Virus record (IMG/VR): IMGVR_UViG_3300048855_000165
Span: 1 to 31,621 of that record
DNA: 31,621 nucleotides
DNA from: a virus
Lineage: Duplodnaviria; Caudoviricetes
Direction: 5' to 3' (one strand)
The notes under the pieces are model-generated. The model worked only from the letters and a program-made list of their open reading frames with translations. It was not told the origin of the DNA and did not search any database. This document shows positions 1-7,336 of the stretch, one piece after another; the first letter of the stretch is position 1, and each line of letters opens with the position of its first letter. The position numbers and the translations under genes are program-made.

Positions 1-111
1 ATGAAACTGGAGCAACATGCATCGATCCTCCTCGCCAAGCATTTCAGCGAGGGGCGCCTGAGTCGCGAATTCACGATTTGTGTTTTCCCCAAGAATGATC
101 CACACCAAGCA

Positions 112-402
112 ATGTCCCTCACCACCCAATTCATCGCCGAACTGATCAGAGCCGCAAACGAAGCGGACAGGCTGACTCCGTTCGAGGTTAAACGGTTGCT
201 TAATCGATCGGTCGCCACCATACGCGACATGCGCGAGCAGACCGGCATACCGGGCAGCAATCGGGCAAAGGATGTGGTCATTGATCTGCAGACGGCATCG
301 GCACGGGCTGGTTCACTGTCCGCGGATGAGGTCAGGGATAACCTCTTGGACGCAGCCGAAATCATCCGAGTCCTGAAAATTGTCCTCGATGGGAAGGAGT
401 AG
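112..402 (+). CDS. Hypothetical helical protein (~96 aa, MSLTTQFIAELIRAANE...)
   Basis: ORF 1..402; the ATG at 112 starts the protein-like amphipathic part; its 3' end carries the SD (AAGGAG) of the next gene. Confidence 0.65.
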   Translation: MSLTTQFIAELIRAANEADRLTPFEVKRLLNRSVATIRDMREQTGIPGSNRAKDVVIDLQTASARAGSLSADEVRDNLLDAAEIIRVLKIVLDGKE

Positions 403-406
403 ATTC

Positions 407-958
407 ATGCTGAGCGATGACGACGAGTGGCGGGAAACGGAGGCTCTACTAGGTAAGATTGTGATCGAGTGGGGGAAGGCTATGGGCCTGGTCTATTCTC
501 TGCCGCAGGAGATGGGCTTCGAGAATTTCGCAGCCATCCGGTTAGGTCTAGCGCATTTCAATAGCGACGGCCTTAGACTGTCGTATATGGAGAAGCTGAT
601 CGCGCACAAGCCCCAGTTGTTTTATGATGCCAGGGGGAGAACCGAACAAGCGCTAACTGCTTTGAAGGTCTTGGGGAAGTTAGCTCCTGAACGGGATTCT
701 CTCATGCACGGAATCCCCGTGTCTGATTACGCAAGAGATCCCAAGAGTAGAGAAATCATCAGACGCGGCGCGTATCTGATCCAGCAGCGCAAGTGGGACA
801 ACAGCCGGTTTATAAAGGTTCCAGATGCGGCTGTGGACCACCTGAAAAAGCTTAAGGAAGCGAATGCAAGCTTGCTGCGAGTGGCTAAGCCTATGCTGTA
901 CGAGGCGTGGGAAGAAATCTTTGGCCCGGAAGCAGAGGGAGACGCAGACACCGGCTGA
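407..958 (+). CDS. Hypothetical protein, possibly HEPN-like (R-x4-H motif)
   Basis: AAGGAG at 394-399 then ATG 407; N-terminal LGKIVIEW helix and ERDSLMHG (R-x4-H); appears lower in GC than the structural genes. Confidence 0.65.
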   Translation: MLSDDDEWRETEALLGKIVIEWGKAMGLVYSLPQEMGFENFAAIRLGLAHFNSDGLRLSYMEKLIAHKPQLFYDARGRTEQALTALKVLGKLAPERDSLMHGIPVSDYARDPKSREIIRRGAYLIQQRKWDNSRFIKVPDAAVDHLKKLKEANASLLRVAKPMLYEAWEEIFGPEAEGDADTG

Positions 959-965
959 GTCCGCC

Positions 966-1949
966 TCAATAACCGTATTGCAGATTCAATATTGTCGCAT
1001 CATCTGCCCGCTCTCTGATCCCTTTGAACGACGCATGCCGCAGCTTTTCATCGTCGGTCCAGGCGCGATATTCCACCTCCGCGACGAGCACCGGCTCGGT
1101 AAAGACGGCGCCCTTTCGCTTCAGCCCCACGGCCGGCTTTTTCGTCACTATCCCTTCGAGCAGTTTGCGCAGCTCTCGCGAAAGCTCGTTTGACCAACCA
1201 GTACCGCAGCCACCGACGTATACGAGCTCTGCGTCCTTCCGCGCCGCCAGCAGCAGCCGGCCGAGATGACCAGGTACGGTCGACGGTTCAAACCCGACGA
1301 TTACGAAGCTGTCACGCCGCTTGCATGTAATCTTCTGCCACCAATCGCCCTTGCCGGAACGATAGGGTCTCTCCAGGTGCTTGGCGATAATGCCTTCTAG
1401 GCCGTGCGCGCAGGCGACGCGGAGGAAATCCGCGCCGGCCGCCTGCACTTCTTCGGAAAGCCGCATCGCACCCTGGCGGCCAGCGACGAGCGGTTCAAGC
1501 AACCGGCGGCGTTCACGCAGCGGCAACCGCCGCAGATCGTGACCGTCAAGATACAGCAGATCGAAGGCATAGAAGACGATGGCGCCTACTTCGACTGCGG
1601 AAGGCAGCCGACCGAGCGCCCGCTGCAGCATGCCGAAATCCGACCGCCCTTGATCGTCGAGCACCACCGCCTCGCCGTCGAGGATGGCCGTCTTCACTGC
1701 AAGGCGCCGGGCGTCGTCAACGATCGATGGAAACCTGTCGGTCCAATCGTACCCGCCGCGCGTCAGTATCCGTACCCGGCTGGGCTCAATGTGAACGGCA
1801 ATCCGGTACCCGTCCCATTTCACTTCGTAGGCCCAGTCCGGACCCTTTGGCGGCTTGTCGACAAGCGTTGCAAGGCAGGGATCGACCCGCGCCGGCATAG
1901 GATCAGCAGGAGGGAACTCGCGGGGTTTTTTTGAGGATGCTCTGGCCAT
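966..1949 (-). CDS. ligD: ATP-dependent DNA ligase, stand-alone LigD-type ligase domain (adenylation + OB fold)
   Basis: Motif I EVKWDGYR, III LDGEAVV, IIIa FDLLYLDG, IV EGIIAK, OB-fold YVGGCGTG and LRHASFKGIRE. Start placed at ATG 1949 (MARASSKK); no polymerase or phosphoesterase domain. Confidence 0.92.
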   Translation of the reverse strand: MARASSKKPREFPPADPMPARVDPCLATLVDKPPKGPDWAYEVKWDGYRIAVHIEPSRVRILTRGGYDWTDRFPSIVDDARRLAVKTAILDGEAVVLDDQGRSDFGMLQRALGRLPSAVEVGAIVFYAFDLLYLDGHDLRRLPLRERRRLLEPLVAGRQGAMRLSEEVQAAGADFLRVACAHGLEGIIAKHLERPYRSGKGDWWQKITCKRRDSFVIVGFEPSTVPGHLGRLLLAARKDAELVYVGGCGTGWSNELSRELRKLLEGIVTKKPAVGLKRKGAVFTEPVLVAEVEYRAWTDDEKLRHASFKGIRERADDATILNLQYGY

Positions 1950-1974
1950 TAGCTCATTAACGCACAGGCCTGCG

Positions 1975-2000
1975 AAAAGCCGAATTGACTCTTTCGGCTT
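1975..2000 (-). terminator. Hairpin/intrinsic terminator candidate upstream of the ligase
   Basis: Minus strand AAGCCGAA-agagtcaa-TTCGGCTT followed by TT; perfect 8-bp stem that also brackets the TTGACT -35 of the plus-strand promoter. Confidence 0.45.
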
Positions 2001-2018
2001 AGAGAACATATTGAGAAC
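1985..2018 (+). promoter_or_regulatory. Sigma70-type promoter overlapped by an alphaproteobacterial LexA (SOS) box
   Basis: TTGACT at 1985-1990; GAAC-atattga-GAAC at 2004-2018 matches GAAC-N7-GAAC and covers the -10 region. Confidence 0.75.
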
Positions 2019-2091
2019 GCGCCCGATGGCGGTTCGGGCATTTCCACAAGATGGGGCGAAATGGTGCAACCTCAAACGAGGAGGATCAGCT

Positions 2092-2415
2092 GTGTCCGAT
2101 CTCCCCAAACCTAAATACAAATGGCGCCAGACATGGCCGGACCACCGGAAGCATTTCACCGGCTTCGATGGCGAGCGGAAATTCGCACACATCCACTGGT
2201 ATCATATGGGGTGGTGGAACTGGTTCATGTGTTGGAATTGGGCAAAGAACGCGAGCAGATGGAAACGTCCTAACGGCCAGGCAGACTCCGCGAGGGCGGC
2301 AGCTCTTGAGGTCGAAGCGTGTTACGAAGCCGTCCTCAGGTGCGAGTGGCCCGGCATGGTGCCGGAGGACCTGCAATGCATGCTCGCCAACGAGGAATGG
2401 ATTCGAACCAGATGA
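2092..2415 (+). CDS. Small Trp-rich hypothetical protein, predicted SOS-inducible (107 aa)
   Basis: Strong GAGGAGG SD just upstream of GTG 2092 (VSDLPKPKYKWRQTWPD...); lies downstream of the SOS-boxed promoter. Confidence 0.75.
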   Translation: MSDLPKPKYKWRQTWPDHRKHFTGFDGERKFAHIHWYHMGWWNWFMCWNWAKNASRWKRPNGQADSARAAALEVEACYEAVLRCEWPGMVPEDLQCMLANEEWIRTR

Positions 2416-2447
2416 ACCGATTGACCTTCTGAGGGATCATGGACTTC

Positions 2448-2678
2448 TCACCCCCTCACCTGGCGGAGAAGCTCCTTTATATCGCTGCGCATTTCGGCGA
2501 GCAGCGAGTTTGTGGCTTCGCGAGCCTCCTTGGCAGCTGCCAGGTCTTCGGTTCGTTGGTGCCATAGGCGGCGTATCTCTTTTTCGTTTTCCTTCGTCTT
2601 TTGCTCCACCCTCACCGACCAAGCCACGAGTGCAACTGCTGCCAGGATGTAAGTCCAGAATTCTCGAAGCAGATCCAT
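2448..2678 (-). CDS. Putative holin or lysis-cassette membrane protein (one N-terminal TM + coiled coil)
   Basis: MDLLREFWTYILAAVALVAWSVRVE...; TAATG overlap with the o-spanin stop; last gene of the lysis cassette. Confidence 0.6.
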   Translation of the reverse strand: MDLLREFWTYILAAVALVAWSVRVEQKTKENEKEIRRLWHQRTEDLAAAKEAREATNSLLAEMRSDIKELLRQVRG

Positions 2679-2917
2679 TAACGCTTGTCTCCGTGCCGCA
2701 CGCATTCTTCTTTCGTCCAGACCGTTGCAGCGCATATGCCGACAACGGTTCTGTCAATCTTCCGCTGATCCGCCGCAGTAGCCCCACGCGCGCCGATGAG
2801 ATCAGTTCCCACCACGCGGCGTAGACCGTCGACACTTGCCGGCGCCGAAGTCCCACATCCCGTCAGGGCAAAGGTCATAGCGAGAGCGGACATCGTCAGC
2901 AGCGCGGCCAGCTTCAT
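2678..2917 (-). CDS. o-spanin (Rz1-like outer-membrane lipoprotein)
   Basis: Signal peptide MKLAALLTMSALAMTFALTG-C with lipobox; two further Cys; starts inside the i-spanin gene in another frame. Confidence 0.75.
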   Translation of the reverse strand: MKLAALLTMSALAMTFALTGCGTSAPASVDGLRRVVGTDLIGARGATAADQRKIDRTVVGICAATVWTKEECVRHGDKR

Positions 2918-3038
2918 TGTTCTGCCTTTCGATCGCGTTCTTGGTGGATTGGGCTCCATCCTCGCGGATTTGGAGGACGGCCCAAGCGACAGCGGCGAGC
3001 ACGAGCGAACCGCCAAGGAGCCTCGGCCAGGTCATCAT
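2802..3038 (-). CDS. i-spanin (Rz-like inner-membrane protein)
   Basis: MMTWPRLLGGSLVLAAVAWAVLQIRE.. N-terminal TM, helical periplasmic part, C-terminal Cys pair; ATGA overlap with the endolysin stop. Confidence 0.72.
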   Translation of the reverse strand: MMTWPRLLGGSLVLAAVAWAVLQIREDGAQSTKNAIERQNNEAGRAADDVRSRYDLCPDGMWDFGAGKCRRSTPRGGN

Positions 3039-3844
3039 GATTTCAGCCCCAGCACGTCGCGGACTGCAGGCATGGAGCTGATCGCGTAGATGGCAAAGCC
3101 TACGATTACGACGAGAATGGCAAGCTGAACGCGCCAATCTAGCGAGACCAAGTCCAATTCCTTGAGCGCCGTGACGATTGAGCCGCCGGCCGTTAGCAGC
3201 CACGTCCAGAAGCGACCGGATTTTCGGACTGGCTTGCGCGGCTTTTCTGGCTTGGGAACAGGTGTAGTCGCAGGCTTTTCCACATCGACCGGCTGGCGCG
3301 CGATAGACAGAACCTGCGCAAGCACCGCCTCGACCTTCTCAGACGATACCAGGGCCTTGTTCACGCCGTCGCCGGCATAGAAGCTCTGGCCGCGTTTAAT
3401 GAAGCGATGCGATCCCTTGCACTCGGCCAGGACTGGGAACGAGGCCCATTCCATCGCCAAACGCCGCGCGAAATCGACCAGAGTTATGTTGCCGGTCACA
3501 AACTCCTGGTAACCGCGGCGCTTCAGGAGGTGATAGGCGAGCCGGTCTTGAAGATCGGGAGTGAAAACCTCCGTTCCCTTGAGCGAGTGGATTTCCTTCG
3601 CCAAGCCGATCAGCGTGGCCCGCATGAACTGGTAGGCGCCGGCAGCACTGGAGCCGTGGTTTTTCGACCAGCCCTTTTGTGCATCGACGATATCGCCGTA
3701 GTTCATCGTTGTGAGAGGCTGTTTCAACTTCCCCTGCTTGTTCGCATAGATCACGTCGTAGGACGCGCGGTCGCTCCGGCCGACTTCCGTTTCACGGATG
3801 AAGTCGAGCAGGATCGCCGCGCCGGGAGGCACGGTCTTGTCCAT
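3035..3844 (-). CDS. Endolysin, lambda-R-like lysozyme fold with C-terminal hydrophobic segments
   Basis: LLDFIRETE (catalytic Glu), SYDVIY, SSAAGAYQF, FTPDLQDRLA, LAMEWASFP motifs; Pro/Lys linker then hydrophobic tail. Confidence 0.88.
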   Translation of the reverse strand: MDKTVPPGAAILLDFIRETEVGRSDRASYDVIYANKQGKLKQPLTTMNYGDIVDAQKGWSKNHGSSAAGAYQFMRATLIGLAKEIHSLKGTEVFTPDLQDRLAYHLLKRRGYQEFVTGNITLVDFARRLAMEWASFPVLAECKGSHRFIKRGQSFYAGDGVNKALVSSEKVEAVLAQVLSIARQPVDVEKPATTPVPKPEKPRKPVRKSGRFWTWLLTAGGSIVTALKELDLVSLDWRVQLAILVVIVGFAIYAISSMPAVRDVLGLKS

Positions 3845-4006
3845 TGATTCACCTTGTTGTTGGGTGGGTGGCCTTAGATAGCTTCGATGGTCTCAAGCGA
3901 AATTCCGCCGCGAAGAGACATTCCCCCAAAAATATTAGGGGGAGATCCCATTCCCACCCACATTCGAGGGCGCTAACATGCCGCTCAATACCTGGGGAGG
4001 GGGAAT

Positions 4007-4276
4007 ATGAGATTTGCAGTCAGTTTGTCACTAGCCGCCATTGGACTTTCATTCTTGCTTCCGAGCGACGGTTACAAGGCCGCGCTATTTATCGCCTGCG
4101 CGGCCCTGGCATTCGTTGTCATGGAAGAGGAAAAGCGAGAGCTCGCTGGTTATCCGGAGAACTCTTTCGCTCGTCCACCCGAAAGCGACGCCGAGGCTCC
4201 CCATGAAGTTGCGGCGGAAGGCGAGGACGCGTACGAACGAGAGTACGACAGCGACCGGTACTTCTCACGACATTAA
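4007..4276 (+). CDS. Small membrane protein (two hydrophobic segments + acidic tail), moron on opposite strand
   Basis: GGGGAGG SD before ATG 4007; inserted antisense between tailspike and endolysin. Confidence 0.6.
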   Translation: MRFAVSLSLAAIGLSFLLPSDGYKAALFIACAALAFVVMEEEKRELAGYPENSFARPPESDAEAPHEVAAEGEDAYEREYDSDRYFSRH

Positions 4277-4318
4277 ACTTGAGCGTGGCGACCTGATTAT
4301 AGGCGGCGCGGCGCCACG

Positions 4319-6787
4319 CTACTTCACCACCCATCCAGTGTTACCGCTGCCACTCTCTTTCACGTAGAGTGTGGTGCTCGCTCCGCCGTCAGTTCGTGTG
4401 TATAGAGAGCCGACAGCAGCAGAAACGACGCCCTCTGGTGAACCCGTTCCGCTGGTCCATATAGCCGCGCCCGCGCCAGGCCGGATCGACTGCACCCAAG
4501 CAGAGTTAAACCGTCGAGTTTGTGCGCCAATAGCGGTTCCAAGATCAACGCTGGGCCTGAGAACAGTCCCTGAGTAATCGACGTTGCCAGAACCCTCAAA
4601 CACCGTAACGAGGGCGGTGCCCGCGGCGTTCCTGATCTGATAACTCCGGCCGGAGGGCAGGTAATCGTAGATATCCTGTCCGTCCATGCCCATCCTGACC
4701 AGATGCGCCGAGTTCAGAGAGGGCGGGTTTTGCTGCAACTGCGTAATGTTGCCGCCCTGAAATTTGAGCAAGCGCTTATCAGTGCTGGCGGTGAAATAGG
4801 TTTCCAGCATTCTGAGGTTGAGCGTAGCGCCTTCCCCCGCAACAGCGGTGGACGAGGAGCGGCTCGGAGATCCGATAACGAAACCAGTTTCGAGCTTCCC
4901 GCCGATCAGCACTAGATCGTCAACATCGTGCATCTGCATGCAGTTTGGCGTGAGATAGGTAACTCCGTCTCCCGCGTCGGCCGGTCCGTAGGAAGTAAAG
5001 TTGAAGCCGTGTAGCCCGCGAAGCGGGAAGCCGCTGAACTCACAACCCTTTGCCGTAGAACCGTCCAGGCCGAGTTGAGACGGCGTTTTGCCGCTATGGT
5101 GTCGCCATCCCCAGCACTCAACGTTCTCCATGATCGAGGTTGAGAAGCCCCAACCTCTATTTATATTCCTGATTTGACTTTCACTTGTGATTGCCGGCGA
5201 GACGCCGTTGAAAATGAGATTGTCGCCGCTTCGCGTCAAACTCGAATAGGCGTAGTCAGTACCAGACCCCCCTTCGAAGCTGCCCGAAGTCGGCCAGTAG
5301 CTTTCCTCACTCCACCGGATGGTCAGAGTGTTCGAGGTGTTTGCAAGGACGCGCCAAATGTCACCCGCGCGAACAGCAAGGCCGGTAAGCCCTTGCGCAG
5401 ACACATTGCGAATGACGTTACCTTCGCTGCGGCCAAATAGTTCGTAGCCCCGCTCAACCCAGGCGAAGCCGATCATGCGCCAGTAACCGCGCACCTGAAC
5501 GTCCTCCAGGCGACAAGCGACAGCAGTATCAAGCATCAGCCCGGCGTCCCAGTCGTCACCGAGGTCTTCGTTCGTGTCATCGGAATAGGAATTGATGCCA
5601 TCCGCGCCGATCCACGGCACAATGCGACACCTTCTGATGCCGCCGCCATCGCTGTTGATGTCCTTGTTTGCTGCAAAGACTGACATCTCTCGCAGCGTGG
5701 CTGGCGAGGTGCCTGAAGCGTCCTCTTTCATGAAGGAATTGAGCTTCATGGTGTAGCCCGCGCTGTCTGGATGCGTCACCCAGCCGCCAGCGTACTTCAT
5801 GGAAGTGATGCCCTGCACCGTGTAGTCTCGCGCACCGGTCCCGCAGGCAATGAGGTTGGTGCCTTCCCAGGTTTTGCTGATGGTTCGCAGGCTGGGCATC
5901 CATCGGCCAAAACCTGCGCCCTCGAAGTAGACGCCGGGAGACCAGCGAACACGTGTGAGGCAGTAGAATTGCCCACACATGTGGACGGTACCCCCGCCCA
6001 AAGCATGCATGAATGAGTCGGCGCCAGCGAAAGCAGTATCGTTCGTCGGAGCGTTGCTTTTCTGAAGGCCCGCTATGGCACCGAACCATTCAACGTGCAC
6101 TTCGCCATCATACTGCCGAATCCACGCCCCGGATGTTGCTGCAATAGCATTGGCCTTGATGTAGATACCCTCGGCCGTGTCTGTCCCGATGTGCGTCGAG
6201 AAGTCGCCAAGCGTCCACTTGAAAACACCTGCACGTCCGGCCTCCTTCAGATAGACAGACGTGACGCGCGTGGTGTCGACCTCTTTCAGAGCTGTCCTAG
6301 TCGCGACCGTCTGAATAATGAAATCATCCGCCATTTTCTCAGGCGTGATCGAGTCGTCAGCCAAGGAATCCAGGAATAAATCCCAATAGTCGTTTTCAGC
6401 CGGCGCTTGGTTCTGGCTGGTCTGGGCCGCAATCCAGATCGTGCTCTGGTAGGTCACCACATCCCCGCGCCTATAAATGGCGGATGAGGACCATTCGCCC
6501 CGCCATGGCACCCGTCCGAAAAGCGTTTCGTTTGTAACCTGCTCCCAAGCTGCCCCGACAGGGTTCCATTCCTTCAGGACGGCGGGATCGCTGTTTTTGT
6601 CCAGCCACAACATCGACAAATCAGACGGTGGAGCTGTTCCATCGACCATATTGTCTAAGAAGCCTGCAGCGCGCAAAGCCGCCAGCGTCAGCTCAGACTG
6701 CCTCAGATATTTCCCGGTGTCTGAGGTGAGCTTCGTCCCGGTCATGAAGAAACCGTAGTGCTGGCCGTCGTTGAATTCTGTCGACAT
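4319..6787 (-). CDS. Tailspike / receptor-binding protein with probable beta-helix depolymerase domain (822 aa)
   Basis: WRGEWSSSAIYRRGDVVTYQ (CBM5/12-like module), VHVEWFGA...DTAF...GGGTVH pectate-lyase-type beta-helix entry, C-terminal GTGSPEGVVSAAVGSLYTRTDGG...GW motif; located after the ejection proteins. Confidence 0.85.
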   Translation of the reverse strand: MSTEFNDGQHYGFFMTGTKLTSDTGKYLRQSELTLAALRAAGFLDNMVDGTAPPSDLSMLWLDKNSDPAVLKEWNPVGAAWEQVTNETLFGRVPWRGEWSSSAIYRRGDVVTYQSTIWIAAQTSQNQAPAENDYWDLFLDSLADDSITPEKMADDFIIQTVATRTALKEVDTTRVTSVYLKEAGRAGVFKWTLGDFSTHIGTDTAEGIYIKANAIAATSGAWIRQYDGEVHVEWFGAIAGLQKSNAPTNDTAFAGADSFMHALGGGTVHMCGQFYCLTRVRWSPGVYFEGAGFGRWMPSLRTISKTWEGTNLIACGTGARDYTVQGITSMKYAGGWVTHPDSAGYTMKLNSFMKEDASGTSPATLREMSVFAANKDINSDGGGIRRCRIVPWIGADGINSYSDDTNEDLGDDWDAGLMLDTAVACRLEDVQVRGYWRMIGFAWVERGYELFGRSEGNVIRNVSAQGLTGLAVRAGDIWRVLANTSNTLTIRWSEESYWPTSGSFEGGSGTDYAYSSLTRSGDNLIFNGVSPAITSESQIRNINRGWGFSTSIMENVECWGWRHHSGKTPSQLGLDGSTAKGCEFSGFPLRGLHGFNFTSYGPADAGDGVTYLTPNCMQMHDVDDLVLIGGKLETGFVIGSPSRSSSTAVAGEGATLNLRMLETYFTASTDKRLLKFQGGNITQLQQNPPSLNSAHLVRMGMDGQDIYDYLPSGRSYQIRNAAGTALVTVFEGSGNVDYSGTVLRPSVDLGTAIGAQTRRFNSAWVQSIRPGAGAAIWTSGTGSPEGVVSAAVGSLYTRTDGGASTTLYVKESGSGNTGWVVK

Positions 6788-6805
6788 GCATTTACCTCAA
6801 TAGGC

Positions 6806-6827
6806 AAAAAGGCCGCGCAGCAGCCTT
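6806..6827 (-). terminator. Intrinsic terminator candidate just upstream of the tailspike gene
   Basis: Minus strand AAGGCTGC-tgc-GCGGCCTT-TTT. Confidence 0.5.
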
Positions 6828-6883
6828 GCGTTGTGGTGATGTTTGGGGTTTGATCGCCGCGAGTGGGCTTTGGGGATTTCTTT

Positions 6884-7336
6884 ATGCGTAGATGCGTTAT
6901 CGCACTCTCGGCGTTACTGGCCGGGTGTGTGTCCGGACCTGTGGATGTGCTTCACAAGACAGGCTCATCGTTGCCTGAGAGGCAACTTGCGGCTGACGAA
7001 TGTCGGATAGCAGGCCTACAGCAGGTCCCTGAATCAACGCAGATTCATACTAATCCGGGCTACTATAATCCGGGCACGCTTCAGTGTTCATCGGTGGGCA
7101 ATTACACGACCTGCAACCGTGTCGGCGCTGTGAACATTCCTGCGTCGGTCACGACCTCAGACGCGAACCAAGGCCTGCGCAACCGCTTCATTCAAAGGTG
7201 TTTGGCCGCCAAAGGATACGACATTGTCCAGCGGCCAATTTGCCGTACCCGGCAGGAGAGCGCGGCGTATCAGGCAGTCCGCAACAACCAGCCACCAGCC
7301 GAGCAGATTGCGTGCGTTCCAAACGATCCGATTTAG
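6884..7336 (+). CDS. Cys-rich lipoprotein moron (candidate superinfection exclusion)
   Basis: MRRCVIALSALLAG-C lipobox; six further Cys; antisense to the virion operon and overlapping the end of the 1372-aa gene by 4 nt. Confidence 0.75.
   Translation: MRRCVIALSALLAGCVSGPVDVLHKTGSSLPERQLAADECRIAGLQQVPESTQIHTNPGYYNPGTLQCSSVGNYTTCNRVGAVNIPASVTTSDANQGLRNRFIQRCLAAKGYDIVQRPICRTRQESAAYQAVRNNQPPAEQIACVPNDPI

Noticed and set aside
1315-1345. Ligase motif V reads WQKITC rather than KxK, suggesting inactivation
   Set aside because: All other motifs intact; a single substitution cannot be judged without an alignment
1926-1932. A7 run near the ligase 5' end as a slippage or phase-variation site
   Set aside because: Short run encoding Lys-Lys in an intact frame; no useful alternative frame evident
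1950-2192. 81-aa N-terminal extension of the ligase in the ORF track
   Set aside because: Runs through the divergent promoter, SOS box and the 2092 gene; ligase-like sequence begins at ATG 1949
4319-7336. Diversity-generating retroelement, given the BPP-1-like virion module
   Set aside because: No reverse transcriptase and no template/variable repeat pair seen
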